The notes beneath the pieces were generated by a model. The model was not told the DNA's origin and made no database searches. It was given only the letters and a program-made list of their open reading frames with translations. From Callorhinchus milii (taxonomy: Eukaryota), in NCBI RefSeq assembly GCF_018977255.1, contig NW_024704765.1:5952001-6016000 (forward strand): a stretch of 64,000 nt of DNA. The letters are read 5' to 3'. Below, piece by piece: positions 44,594-56,800 of the stretch. A program made the position numbers and the translations under genes. Within the stretch, counting starts at the first letter, position 1, and the number at the start of each line of letters is the position of its first letter.

Positions 44594-46749
44594 TCAGCAC
44601 AAGCGTTTCCTGTAGACGTAGTAAGCGAGCAAGCCAGCGCTCAGCAACAGCAGCGTGCCGCAGCACCCACGGGCCACCGACTGCTCCGCATTCTCTTTCT
44701 TAGTGTATCGCTCGACGAAGCCGGACTGAGAAACAAAAAGAGACACCGGGAGCGGGTCTGAGCCAGTGTGAACCGAGCCTAGAGCAGGGCTAGTGGGTCA
44801 GTCAGGGCTCCCCGGCCTTTTTACAGCCCGCTATAACAACACCAACAACAACAACAAATTTCATTTATATTTAGAAAAATCCTCGCATTTGATACAGCTC
44901 CTTATCCGTCGTCGAGACGTCTCAAAGCGCTTCACAGGATATACAGTGAAGCGCAGTGACTGCGTGTTTTTGCGGGCGAAACACAGCAGCCAATTGCGCC
45001 CAGCGACGTCCCCACAAACAGTTGTTTTGAAGGAGTATTACCCCAGAAAGCCGTCCGCCAATCGGCCATCAAAGGTAAACAAATGCCTGCGGGGTAAGTA
45101 AACATGCCCCACCCGGGAATCGAACCAGGGTCCTCTCGTTTGCGAGGCGAGCTCGCTAACCACTACCCGGTGGGACTCCAAAAATAATTCCACCAAACAC
45201 AGCTGTGCTGCTCAAATTGAAATGGCGCTGACAGACCTCTCACCAACGAAATGATTTGTACGCGGCAACATTGAGTCAAAGCTGCTAAATGTGTAACGCG
45301 GTGGACACGCGGGCTGACAAAATAACTTTGCTCAACTCTAGCGTCAAAGAGAGTGTTACTGTGCAGAGTGCAGGCGTGTGGGGGGGGGGAGTGCGGTGGA
45401 AATGAGTGGGGTCTAAAATGTAAGGTTTCTAGTAGGTTTCCTTACTCCGCACGCCTCTGTTTGCCGAGCAGTAAGTATGAACCCAGTTGTTAGTCGATTG
45501 GCGCCGAACGCTTTCCAGGGGTGTAATAAATCCCTTCAAAAAAAAAACGATGATAATAATTTGGTCACTCAATCCACGACCGTTTGTGGGGACGCTGCTG
45601 TGCGCAGTTGAGCGCTTTGAGACGTGCCAATGGCGTGATAAGGCGCTGTATCGATTGCAAGGATTATTATATTATTCCCTGTGTTACAAATTCCTGTGCA
45701 ACTCCAGAACAGACGGACAGACAGACAGACAGAGAGCTTTCCAGCAGTCGCAGCCTGTGAATTGTGAGCGCTGTTTCCCAGAAGATATTTACGGGTTCAC
45801 TTTGGCGACAGCCGGTGTGTTGTGAGTGACTGTTGCACAGCTGAGTTGCTGGGTTCGCTGATGTGTACTGAGCCACAAATAGTCCAGTCCAGTCCAGCTT
45901 GGAAGACGGCCAAGGCTGCCTGCCTGAGAGGCAAGCAGATAGGGCCAGCTCCCCTCAACCTCGCTGTCCAACGATCACTCGCCAGCCATCACTCACTTGC
46001 CTTTATATATCGTGGCCTTCACGTGGGGGCAACATCTTGTGGCTCTTAACAGTGACGGAGCCTGACACGTAGTAGCCGGAGGAGGGGAGAGGGAGAAAGG
46101 AACTGACCGGAAGCACGGTCGAAGAGGAAGGTCCTCAGGCGAAGGAAAGCAAGAGGGGAAAACGCAAGGGGATTGAGAGAGAAACTCCCCAGATTTCTGG
46201 GCATTAGTGCATTGAGACGAGGAGTGAGTCAGCGAGTGACGTTTTATTGCCCAACTTTGGGGCTTGTGTCCTGTTACTCACCCATCCTCCCTTATCTACG
46301 ATGTCCGGACACACCTTGGCTTCCACGTACTGTCCCACCCTCACCTCGAGCTCCTCCAGCACCGACCCCATCCCGTTCTCCTGGCAGTAAATGGCCATCT
46401 GTCCGGCCAGCACGTAGATGGAGAGGATCCCACTCCAGGTCAGTCGCTTGCGCTGCCAGGACTCCTCCGGCTGAAAATGCTCGTCCAGGATCTTGATCAG
46501 GAAGTCGCAGGCGTTGTCCAGCCGGACGTCCCTGAAGATCCGTGGCCAGCGCTTGAAGAAGATGGGATATTTCCCCATCAGGTCGGTGCCAGCGTGGCGG
46601 AGCGCTGCGGAGGCTGGGCTGGGAGCTGCCTTCGTGGTCCTGCCCGTCACAAAGCTGATGTAATCCCTCGACATGACATGGGCTTCCGTCACCACAGGGT
46701 CCTCACACGGACCCCCGGACACCTGAGCAGGGAACAGCCTCAAGAACAT
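44594..46749 (-). CDS. bcl2l16: Bcl-2 family protein with BH4-BH3-BH1-BH2 regions and a C-terminal TM anchor, likely Bcl-wav (bcl2l16) ortholog; 2 exons, ~199 aa
   Basis: Exon 1 46749-46282 (MFLRLFPAQVSGGPCEDPVVTEAHVMSRDYISFV...AALRHAGTDL...TWSGILSIYVLAG...VDKGGW|gtgagt). Exon 2 44725-44594 follows tttgtttctcag (SGFVERYTKKENAEQSVARGCCGTLLLLSAGLLAYYVYRKRLC*). The phase-0 intron directly after BH2 GGW is the canonical Bcl-2 family intron. The start codon is uncertain because a possible acceptor at 46722 could take an upstream exon. Confidence 0.88.
44875..45180 (-). mobile_element. tRNA-derived SINE in the bcl2l16-like intron
   Basis: Reverse-complement head near 45100-45180, body and tail toward 44875. 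Confidence 0.8.
45432..45675 (+). mobile_element. 5'-truncated tRNA-derived SINE
   Basis: TTTCCTTACTCC...GATAAGGCGCTGTATCGATTGCAAGG(ATT)n. Confidence 0.8.
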
Positions 46750-47074
46750 TGACCCCTCTTGTCGCTCTCTCTTCTCTCTCTCGCTCTCGTGCTTGTGTGG
46801 CAACCGGACCCACGAACAACTGACCCACAACTCACTGAAGGGTCTAAAAATAACCTGGACATTGAGCATCGAGGCGACAGGACTGTATAAATACCTTTGG
46901 CCTAATATCAGGATCTGGGTTTCAGAGACGGTCAATGACAAACACTGCAATGTGTCAGGAAAAGAACTTGCTTTTTTTTTTAAAAATAGAGCCAATAAAT
47001 CTCACAAGGGCTTTACAGGCATTCCCTTGACATCTCGTGACCAGGAGGGTGGGGCGGGGGGGGTTGTACACAAA

Positions 47075-47333
47075 CACACAGAACATATATTGTAAAGTGG
47101 ATTGACTGTGTATTTTGTGGGCGAAATGTGCGCAGAGTCGTGGATTGAAGTGATTATTACCCCCGGTAAAGTGATCCGCCAATCGACTCACAACCGGGTT
47201 CCTACTTACTGCCGGGTGAACAGAGGCGTGTGGAGTGAGGAAACTTGCCTAAGGTTTCACCCTGACTCGGGTATCGAACCCGGGTCCTCTCGCTTGCGAG
47301 GCGAGCGCTCTAACCATTGCACAACAGGACTCC
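47075..47333 (-). mobile_element. tRNA-derived SINE
   Basis: Reverse complement of GGAGTCCTGTTGTGCAATGGTTAGAGCGCTCGCC...GGTTCGATACC. Confidence 0.85.
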
Positions 47334-48419
47334 ATCTTAGCGAGTTCAAAATCCCGAGGTGGGGGCTTGAACCCACCTTCTGACCCAGAGGTGAGCGAGC
47401 CGGGCTGACACACACACACACACACACACACACGCGTGTATATCTGAACGTAGAGAGCGAGGTCTTCACAGTTTCATCTGCCACCGAGGCCTGGGAAAGT
47501 CAGGCCTTGTTTATACTCTTGATCCCAGAGATTAGGGAGGAAAAATGTGTCTTGTAAACGCGATAATGATCACAATTTGCTTTAGACGCGGCCATTGGCC
47601 CATCTGCTGCGATGCTGCAGTGACAGAACATGAGAATGGCCACAGCCCACACACATACACACGATATCTCAGGTTTGTTTTTCCATCCAGCGCGTCGTCG
47701 CTCTAACGTGAGACCGTCTGTCGCGGCACCAGCTCCTGAGGACAATCAGACTCTCGGACCGGAGCTTAGTAATCCTGGCTTTCGATACAGGCCTTATCGC
47801 GTCTTCCAAGACGTCTCCCAGCGCAGCACAGGACACACCGGAAAGGGAATCGACTGTATGTTTCTTCATCAGCTTCACTGATACAGACAGTGGCTGACGT
47901 GAGGGTCATCCTGCAAGTGGTTGATAATATAAGACTGTTGTTGCACACGGAACAGCCCTGACCAGAGATCGCAGACAGCCTGGGCTGGGGGGGGGGGGGG
48001 GGGGGGTAGGGGCTGGAACATACTGTATTTCTGACTTTTTTTTACCCCCCCCCACCCCCCTGGCGTTTATTCTCCCTCCCGCCCACCATCCCCCCGTCCT
48101 GCCCTTTAACATAAACCGTCTGTTTGTGCAGGTTTCGCAGTGAGGACAAAGGAATCGTCAGTGTATTTAAACAAATGCAAGTTGCAGTGTCAGAGAGATT
48201 AATGCAAAACACACACACAGGAACAGGCTGCTTCTTGTCAAGGGCACGTAAGGTAATTACCTCACTTGGAAAGAACTGAGCTTATCTGAGAATCTGCACA
48301 CTGCCCCTGACAGTGATATGACAAACTGACTGACTGACTGAGTGAGTGAGTGAGTGAGACACTGGAGCCTGTGCACAGGGGGCAGGTTAGTCTCTGAGCA
48401 GCTTCCTGTTTCGGTACTA

Positions 48420-48634
48420 ATGCCCCAGGAATTCATTTTCCTTTTATGGTAAAAAGCAAAGTCGAGGCAGCCAGAGAGATTGACCTGAGCGCGAGGAGTC
48501 ATATCCCAGGAGCCGCTCTGAGGCACTGCCTGCTGAATGCTGGGGCTTTCAGGGGAGGCACGTTAGTGCAACACAGCTTCACGGCTATGGACAGACCTCT
48601 GAATGCGCAGCACTGAGCTCAGCAACAAAGACAG
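48420..48634 (+). promoter_or_regulatory. Putative FBLIM1 promoter and non-coding first exon
   Basis: Perfect CArG box CCTTTTATGG at 48440-48449 and strong donor CAG|GTAAGA at 48634/48635. The first coding exon has an acceptor just 16 nt before its ATG, which implies an upstream UTR exon. Confidence 0.55.
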
Positions 48635-48769
48635 GTAAGAGGGAGGGTGGGAGGCCGTCTAATGGATTGGGTTAATGGGTGACAAGGTTTAAGCCAATAC
48701 AGATAATGCACGGCATGGCGTTCCCGCCAGTAAACACGGGTTACTTGCGGCCAGCATTGATGGAGATTG

Positions 48770-49039
48770 GCAGCCAATCGCACACAATAGTGTCCCCCAA
48801 ACAGTTATGGATTGAGTGACCAAATTATTATAATTTTGGTTTTTGGAGAGATTATTACCCCCGGAAAGCGATCTGCCGTTCGACTAACAACCGGGTTCCT
48901 ACTTACTGCGAGGTAAGCAGAGGCGTGCGTGTGGAGTAAGGAAATTTGCCTAAGATTTCGCCCTGACTTGCCCAGGAGTCGAACCCGGTTCCTCTCGCTT
49001 GTGAGGTGAGTGCTCTAACCACTATGCTGCGGGACTCCA
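48770..49039 (-). mobile_element. tRNA-derived SINE
   Basis: Same family head and body on the minus strand; a further partial copy lies at ~49360-49630. Confidence 0.85.
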
Positions 49040-50822
49040 GTTCAGAGCAAGTAATAGAACAGACCCATAAGGGCAGAAGGTTCAAGATGGGAATATAGAG
49101 TTGGGAAGATCACATTGTTGGGTGAAGTGAGACTGGAGGGATTTAAAGACTGGAACAAAAAGAGTTTAAACATAATCCTCTGACGCACTGGGAGCTATTG
49201 GCACTTGGGATGTTTGGGAGTGATGTGATGGGCATGTGAAGACTTGTGCAGGAGAGAATCTGAGAACCTGGGCTGCAGAGGTTCTGCACCACTGGAGACT
49301 GGAGCTGAAGAGGAAGTCAGAGGAGAGCATTGGGAAAATGAATCCTTGAAATGACAGGAGAATAATGATCCTTGTGTTGGATATAGCATCTTATCACGTC
49401 TTCAAGACGTCTTAAAAGTGCTTCGCGCAATATACTGTAAAGTGAATTAACTCTGTGTTTTGTGGGCGAAACCCGGCAGCCAATTGCGCACAGCAGTGCC
49501 CTACACACAGTCGTGGGTTGAGTAACCACATTTTAAAAAAAAATTTTCTTTGGAGAGATTATTACCCCAGAAAAACAATCCGCCGATCGACTAATAACCA
49601 ACCGGGTTCTTACTTACTTCTGATAAACGAGGGTTGCCTAGCAATATAAGCAAGGGTTTCTGCAATGGGTGGGTGGGGAGAGGGAAGTCAGGTTAATATT
49701 TAACTGAAGGGACCCATGGAATCTGAGCCAATTGCTGACACCCAATTAAGGCTGGATTTGAGAACGTTCCAAAGTTGTGCACAATTTTAACACAATGGCC
49801 TTAAGGCTGAGACGTGAGAATTTCGAATGAGGAGCAGGAAACCCGGTTGATTTTCCACGTCTCTAACCCCTCTGCTGCAGCCCAAGCCATTGCCCAGGCT
49901 GACTCAGCACAGAGCAGGAATTGAACCTGCCACCTCACCTGGGTGGCCTGTGTATTCACCAGCTCCACGCCCTTTGAACACAATCTTCTGCAGCTCCAGG
50001 GTTTGTCTCATGACTTGGTAATTACTGCCCATAAGTGAGAGTTTATTGCAGATCAAATGACATAGACTGTATTAAGCCGATTAATGCCTTCGGGGCTGAA
50101 GGAAGGTTTCCGTGCCTGAATCAACTCCTTTGAAGTGAAATAGGCTGCACATCGGCAATAGCTGTCTGCGTGTATGTGAAAGTTTGTGTGTATGAAGAAA
50201 TCAGTGTCTGTATGTGTGTAAATGAATGAGTGTGTGTGAGAGATCGTATGTTTGTGTGAGCGAGTTTACACAGCGCCCGTCATGTAAATTGGACCTGGGA
50301 GTACTTTACAATGGTGGGGGGTGGATGGCAAACGGGTGGGGGGAGGAGGGGGGGAGTGATAGGTCAGAGCCATAAGTTTTCAAAAATTACAGTCGCTACA
50401 CTTCACAATATTTAGAGGCATAGAAACAGGAGGCCATTCAGCCCCTCGAGCCTGTTCCCCCATTCTATGAGATTGCGGCTGATCTGTACCTCAACTCCAA
50501 TTACCGGCTCTTGCCCCTGAACTAACAAATATCTATCCACCTCAGTTTTGAAAGTCATTTACCATGAAGCCTTCTGAGCCTTTCGAAGTTGGCTTTGGAG
50601 CGTCTGAAATTAGGTAAAACAATCGCTCCGAGTCGCCGTTCGGCTTGAAGTTGTTGCTGTATTTCGGGCGCTGCAAAGGTTTGTCTATGTCACATTTTCG
50701 GGATTGGTGATCGGTTTACTTGCTGAACGAGTGTAGTGGGAAGCTGATCAGCCGACTGACCCTGACCCCCCCCCCCCCCCCCTCTACCTGTTTTGCCTGA
50801 TTTCAGACATTCCAAAGTCAAG

Positions 50823-53800
50823 ATGTCTCAGACAAGGAAAGTCAGCTCGGTTTACATCCGGCTCGTGACTCCTGGCACAATCTGTGCCTCAAAGACATAC
50901 AGCTCTCTCGAGGCTTCAAAGGCAGACTATAAGCCAGGCTCCTCCGCATCCGAGGACAAGGTCTACACCAATGGACACGGAAGCAGGGCAACAGCAACCA
51001 GAGCGGCCTCCACCCCAACAGCCTTTAAAGCTGCTAACGGAGGTAAGAAACAACAACAACAAATTACATTTGTATAGTGCCTTCACATCGGGAGGACATC
51101 CTAAGGCACTGGACAGTCAGGGATTTGGACCCGAGTTAGGGGTTGGGATCAGGAGGGGTGAAGGGCTGGGAGGGTAGGGGTAGGAGGGTGCCTGAAGGCG
51201 CGGTTGAAGAGGAGGGTCTTGAAACGAGCCTTGGAGGAGGTAAGGGAGGCAAAAAGATTTGCAGGCATCTCAAAGCGCTTCACAGAATATTCACGGGAGT
51301 GACGGGTGTGGATCCACGTGGAGATACATAAAGAGGCAGCGAATCAAAAGAAGCAAAGTTGTGTGTTCACTTCTCATTCCGTGTGTGCCCTTTATTTGCA
51401 GATTTTTTGCCCCTTCCTCCTCCTCCCCCTCCTCCTCCTCCTCCCCCTCCCCCTCCAGTGAACGAATGGAATGCTCTCCAGCCTGGGGAGCTGCCACTTC
51501 CTCCCCCACCCTCTCCCTACCGCAGGGAGGTGCAGGCACCCTTCGGACTCGACTATACTCCCACCAGACTGAAGGCCCCGGGGCTCGGAACATCTCCAGC
51601 CGAGCAGGTAGGACACAGATTAACAATAAATTACACTTGTGCAGTGCCCTTCACGTCGGAAAGACGTCCCAGGGCGCTGGATAATCAGGGGTTTTGTCCC
51701 CGAGCTGGGAGTTGGGGTCAGAAGGGGAGGAGGGCGTTGTGGGGTAAGAGGGTGGCCGAAGGCACAATCGAAGTGGAAGGTCTTCAGACGGGACTTGAAA
51801 GAGGCAAGAGAGGGAGTGAGGTGGAGGGATTGCGGGATAAGAGTTCCAGAGTGTGGGGACAGAGATGCTGAATGCCCGACTGTCAATGGTGGGAAGGGAA
51901 GTGCGGGGGACCTGAAGCAGCTGGTGTCAGCCGAGCGGAGGGAGCGGACAAGCTGATATGGGGTTATGAGGTCGGGGAGGTGGGGGGAACAAGACCGTGG
52001 AGGGCCTTGAAGGTAAGAATGAGGGTTTTGTTCTCGATTCCCTAAGGAACGGGTAGCAAGTGAAGCGGGGAATAACGGGGGTGATAGGTTCCCGGAGCCT
52101 GGTGCGGGAGAGGACACGAGCTGCAGGGTTCTGAATAATCTGCAGTTTGTGGAGGGAAGAGTTGGGAAGTCCAATGAACAGGCAAAACTGTGAGTTAATT
52201 CACTTTGCTCTCTCCTTAGATGCTGCCTGACCTGCTGAGTGTTGCCAGCGACTTCTCATCCCATTCCTGTTCTCTTTCCTCTAGCCTCGCTCTGCAGCCT
52301 CTGAGCCTGAGGGATATCGAGCTCGGACTGCGGACCACACACCAGGGAATTCTCCGTCACTGAAACCAGAGAGCAGCTTGAATGGATTACCCCAGCCAGG
52401 TATGGACCAGCAAAAAATGCCCGAAATATGAAATATGGGTGCGATAGTTTTTAAGACTGTGTTGGGGGAGAATAATTCTCAAGATGGTGTGTGGGAATCT
52501 GTAGTGTGGAGTCCCCGTAGCGTAATGGTTAGCCCACTCGCCTCGCAAGCTAAAGGACCTGGGTTTGATTCCCGGGCGGGGCGAAACGTTAGGCAAGTTT
52601 TGTTACTCCACACACTTCTTTACCCAGCAAAGGAACCCGGTTGTTAAGCCGATTGGCAGATCGCTTTCCGGGGGTAATAATCCCTTCAATCCACGACTGA
52701 GTGCAATTGGCTGCTGCGTTTGATCCACAAAGTACAGTCAAATCCATTTTACAGTATATTCTGTGAAGCGCTTTGAGACATCCCAACACCATGATAAGGC
52801 ACTATATCAAGCGCAAGGATTATTATTATTATTATTAACCTGGCTGGTTGTGAGGAGGGGGTTTCTTGCGTGTGGGTATGTGTGTGTCCATGTGCATGTG
52901 TGGGGTAGTTGGTTGGTTGAAGCCGCTCTCTGTAAATTCTCTTGGGTTTTGTCTCCTAGAGATCTGTGGCTATTGCCAGCAGGTGATTCCACTGATCGTC
53001 CCCGCTGTCCAGGCTATGGGCCAGTTGTTTCACGAGGATTGTCTGAAGTGTGGGAAATGCCAATGCAGACTCATTGGCAAGACTTACTACAACTTGAAAG
53101 GCATTCCTCACTGTGATCCCTGCTATCAGGTACTGTTCATCCTCACCCCTCGGGCATGAAAACCCTTGAGTTTGCATTAACTTTTTACATCCCCCCCTCC
53201 TCCTGACGTGAAAGGCCCTGTGTAGATATAATTTGTTGTTGTCGTTAAACCATAGGACACTCTGGAGAAATGTGGGAAATGCGGGAAGAAGCTGGTGAAT
53301 GAAATCATGAGAGCCCTGAACATGGCCTTCCACCCCGAGTGTTTCACGTGTGTCGTGTGTCACAGACCCATCGGGAATGAGCGTTTTGGACTGAACGAGG
53401 CTAACGAGATCCATTGCATCCGAGATTTTCAGAGGTACGTATGTACGTCACATGTCATTGGAGCTCAAGGACCTGCAGTTGTGATCCACGGGGCCCTGGT
53501 TTAATGCGCGACATTGGTATGTGACGGTGCTTGGTGTCATGGTGGACACACGGAACCTAGTGCAGGAGACAATACAAGTTGCAGAATTCTGCAATGGTGT
53601 TTGGAAATTCAGTGAGGAGAATTTGACCACTCTAGAGGTGTATTTATATAGCGTTTTTCATGCTTGATAACGTCTCAGAGCATTTAAATATAAATCTAGA
53701 TAAAGACGCGAATGAGGGATTCAGTTGTGTTGCGGGTGAGTTCGGGATGGAGGTCGAAGGAATTGCAGAGGGAAAACGAGCATTTGTTGTTGTTGCTATA

Positions 53801-56800
53801 AAGCGGTGGCTTAGGGTTTGAAAGAGAACAGGTCAATAGGACAATCAAGGTTGCACCCTGCCTTTGGACCTCGCTGCGTGTAAAAATGGCGGCTGATTTT
53901 GCTTACACAAACAGCCACTATGCTTGACAATAATCACTGTAAAGCGCCGGGACCTGTCGGGCTGCACAAAAATAAAAGTTAAGTTCTTGTATTTATTCCG
54001 CTACGGTATAAAGATGGTATGGGGCTGCGATACCATTTGCTGACAGCATGTGGGACTGTTGTGCTACCGAAAGATACTGAGCTGGTTATAAATTGGCTTC
54101 CTCTGAGCATCAGGTTTGACAGAAGAACACAGTATCGAGAAGAGCTTCCTGTTTGTTGCATTGTTATTGCTTCCGACAATCTATCTGCAGGCTCTCCGCA
54201 ATATGTATTATTTTTATTCACGCAAACTTGCCTTTTTTTTCTAACAAAGACAATTCACGAAATGTAGCGCGAAGGTTGGTTTTATCCAATAAATGGAGCA
54301 GCCATTTTGAACGCAGCAAGGTCCCACAAACAGCCGACCTTTTCCCCACCTTATAATAATAATAATCCTTGCATTTCATACAACGTCTTATCACATCTTC
54401 CAAGACACCTGGAAACGCTTCGCAGGATATACTGTAAAGTGGATTGACTGCATTTTGTGGGAGAAAATTAATATTTATCACGTGTACAAAATCCTGACGT
54501 TTGTCCCTTTTGTTGCTACAGGAGATATGCCCCACAGTGCTCAGTCTGTAACCAACCAATTATGTCTGAGACTGAGGCAGAAGAATGCATGAACATTGAG
54601 CTGTTTGATCGGCACTTTCACATCAACTGCTACAAATGTGAGGTAAGGAGGGTCCTGTTATCTGAACTTATGTACCTGCCATCTTTCAAGCATGATGCAG
54701 TCTATGCGGGACAGAACTCATCGGGATGAATTTGTAACTTGTGGCATGTGAAGCTACGGAGACTGGTGAGGAAACAGTTACCAGGTCCGGGTGCTAAATT
54801 GTCATTGATTCACTGCAGTAAAAATACTATTTTTGGATGGTATTAACCAATTGGATGCTTATAGATGTTGACTTTAGACTTGCAACATCCGATGTAATCC
54901 TAAAGCAAATCAATACACTCCACAAGGCAAATTCAAGCACTCTGTGAAACCAGTTTCAGAATCATTCTGGCAATATGGTTTGACCACTGGATCCTGGGAG
55001 GAGTTAGCGTGGTGAGAACAGGAAGGGTTCAGCAGGGAAACCTTTACAGTCCAGGAAGCACACAATCTGACAGGAAACCCATGAGGACATCAACACACTC
55101 CAGGTGGTGAGTTGTGTTCCCGAGATACACAATGGGTGTCACCTCTCTGTGAAAAGGACAGTCCTCCCGTACACAGGCACTGATGTGTGGAGAGAAGTTT
55201 AAAACTGCTTAGGTTGAAAGGCAGGTGGCACCCACTAGACAGCCCATTGCCCAGGAGGAAGAGAATCTGATCCTCTCACTCCCAGACTCACATCCATCTT
55301 TCAGTTAAACTAAGTGAAGCTATACCGCAGGCCTCACCGTCAGTCAAAGTGAAACGCCAGTCCACAGGTGTTTTAAAGAACGACGGAAAACCCGATTGCA
55401 AATTAAGGCTGAATTTAAGAATTTTCCAAGGCCTTGCTCAGTGTTACATTTTAAGGCAACGGTTGGTCTGAAGGCTAAGATTGTAAGGATTTGAATCTCT
55501 ACATTGTAAACAAGATATTAAATGTGCAAAAATAATCCATGTGACCTTGAACAATAGGCTGATGGAGCAGCCATTTATATCATGTGCTGTCACAAGCGGC
55601 CGATTCCTACACTGCGTGCATTGTTTACACAGGCCAACGTTAATAGTGCATCTATTTAGTTCTATTTTGAAGGATTTACTGTTAGTATTTTGAGTAGATG
55701 CTGGTTTCTTTAGTCCCAAATTTGCCTGTACTTCATGCGAAACAGGTGATACAGTGGTGTGTGCAGGTGCTGCTCAGGTTAGCCTGCGAGCATGGCTTCA
55801 GCACATAGTTTCAAAACTTTCTCTAGTGTTAAAATCAGGGTCCTACAGCTCCATCAGAATTAATGGGGCCTAATTTATGGTGTATTGTAACAGGTTTCCT
55901 TACTAAGGAATAAGATTGGATTTCCAGTTGACGTGGAGGTGAGGGCATGGGGAAAGAATCTGCACCACAAATAGATCTTGGCCGTGCAAGGTTCCCACGA
56001 GCGGTTTGCCTGGACATATTTCTGGGAAAGGGAAGGAGTCCCCATTTGTGATGTTCTTTATTAGGGAATCCCATTAGAATTGCAAGTTAGACCCAGGTAA
56101 CACCTGCCTGCTGGACTCTGACTATTACCACGTGTTCTCAGCAAAAGTAATACTGACAGTGCAGACGCTCTTTGTTTGCTACCATTATAGCACTAAGCTC
56201 CAAATAATTTGACTGTCTTAATGGTGGGCAGTTGTGTGGGGAAAAACATACAGTAAAAATTCATTTTGTTCATATTTGACCAGTTCCTACGCACATCTCT
56301 ATTAATCCATCTGAAGAATTACCTCTCACCCAGGTTTATTTCGAGAAAAGTGAATAAAAAGGGGGAAAAAAAATGATATATAGCAACCTAATCTGTTTAT
56401 TTTCCCACGGAGATAATCCTGATTGTGACCTGACTGTGGCTTCTCCTTTTATACTTAATCTCCTGGAGGAGGTAAGTGACTGCAGGGAAAACTCCCAAAC
56501 ACTTATGAAATCCTTCCTCACCCCAAAGGCAATTGAGTTAATATGTGGAGTATTAATCTAACATCAACACCTGTGTTTTTAGGCCAGTTCCCTCTCCGCC
56601 CTCAATGCAACCACAGTGAGGTCAGACTACCCAAAGCCCTCGCTGTTAAATTTCACCCTCACATGACCAACAAATTCACAAAAATAAGCTTTAGCTTCTT
56701 TGGTTTAATTCTCGTCCCTAAGTCAGGAGCTTGTGGATCTAAGCCTCTCATTGCAACTTTGAACACAAAATCTGAGCTGACACTTCAGCACAAGTTGGGA

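Noticed and set aside
53435-53504. Read-through after the FBLIM1 LIM2 exon giving a LIM3-less isoform
   Set aside because: A 23-codon open extension is expected by chance, and no poly(A) signal or other support was seen.
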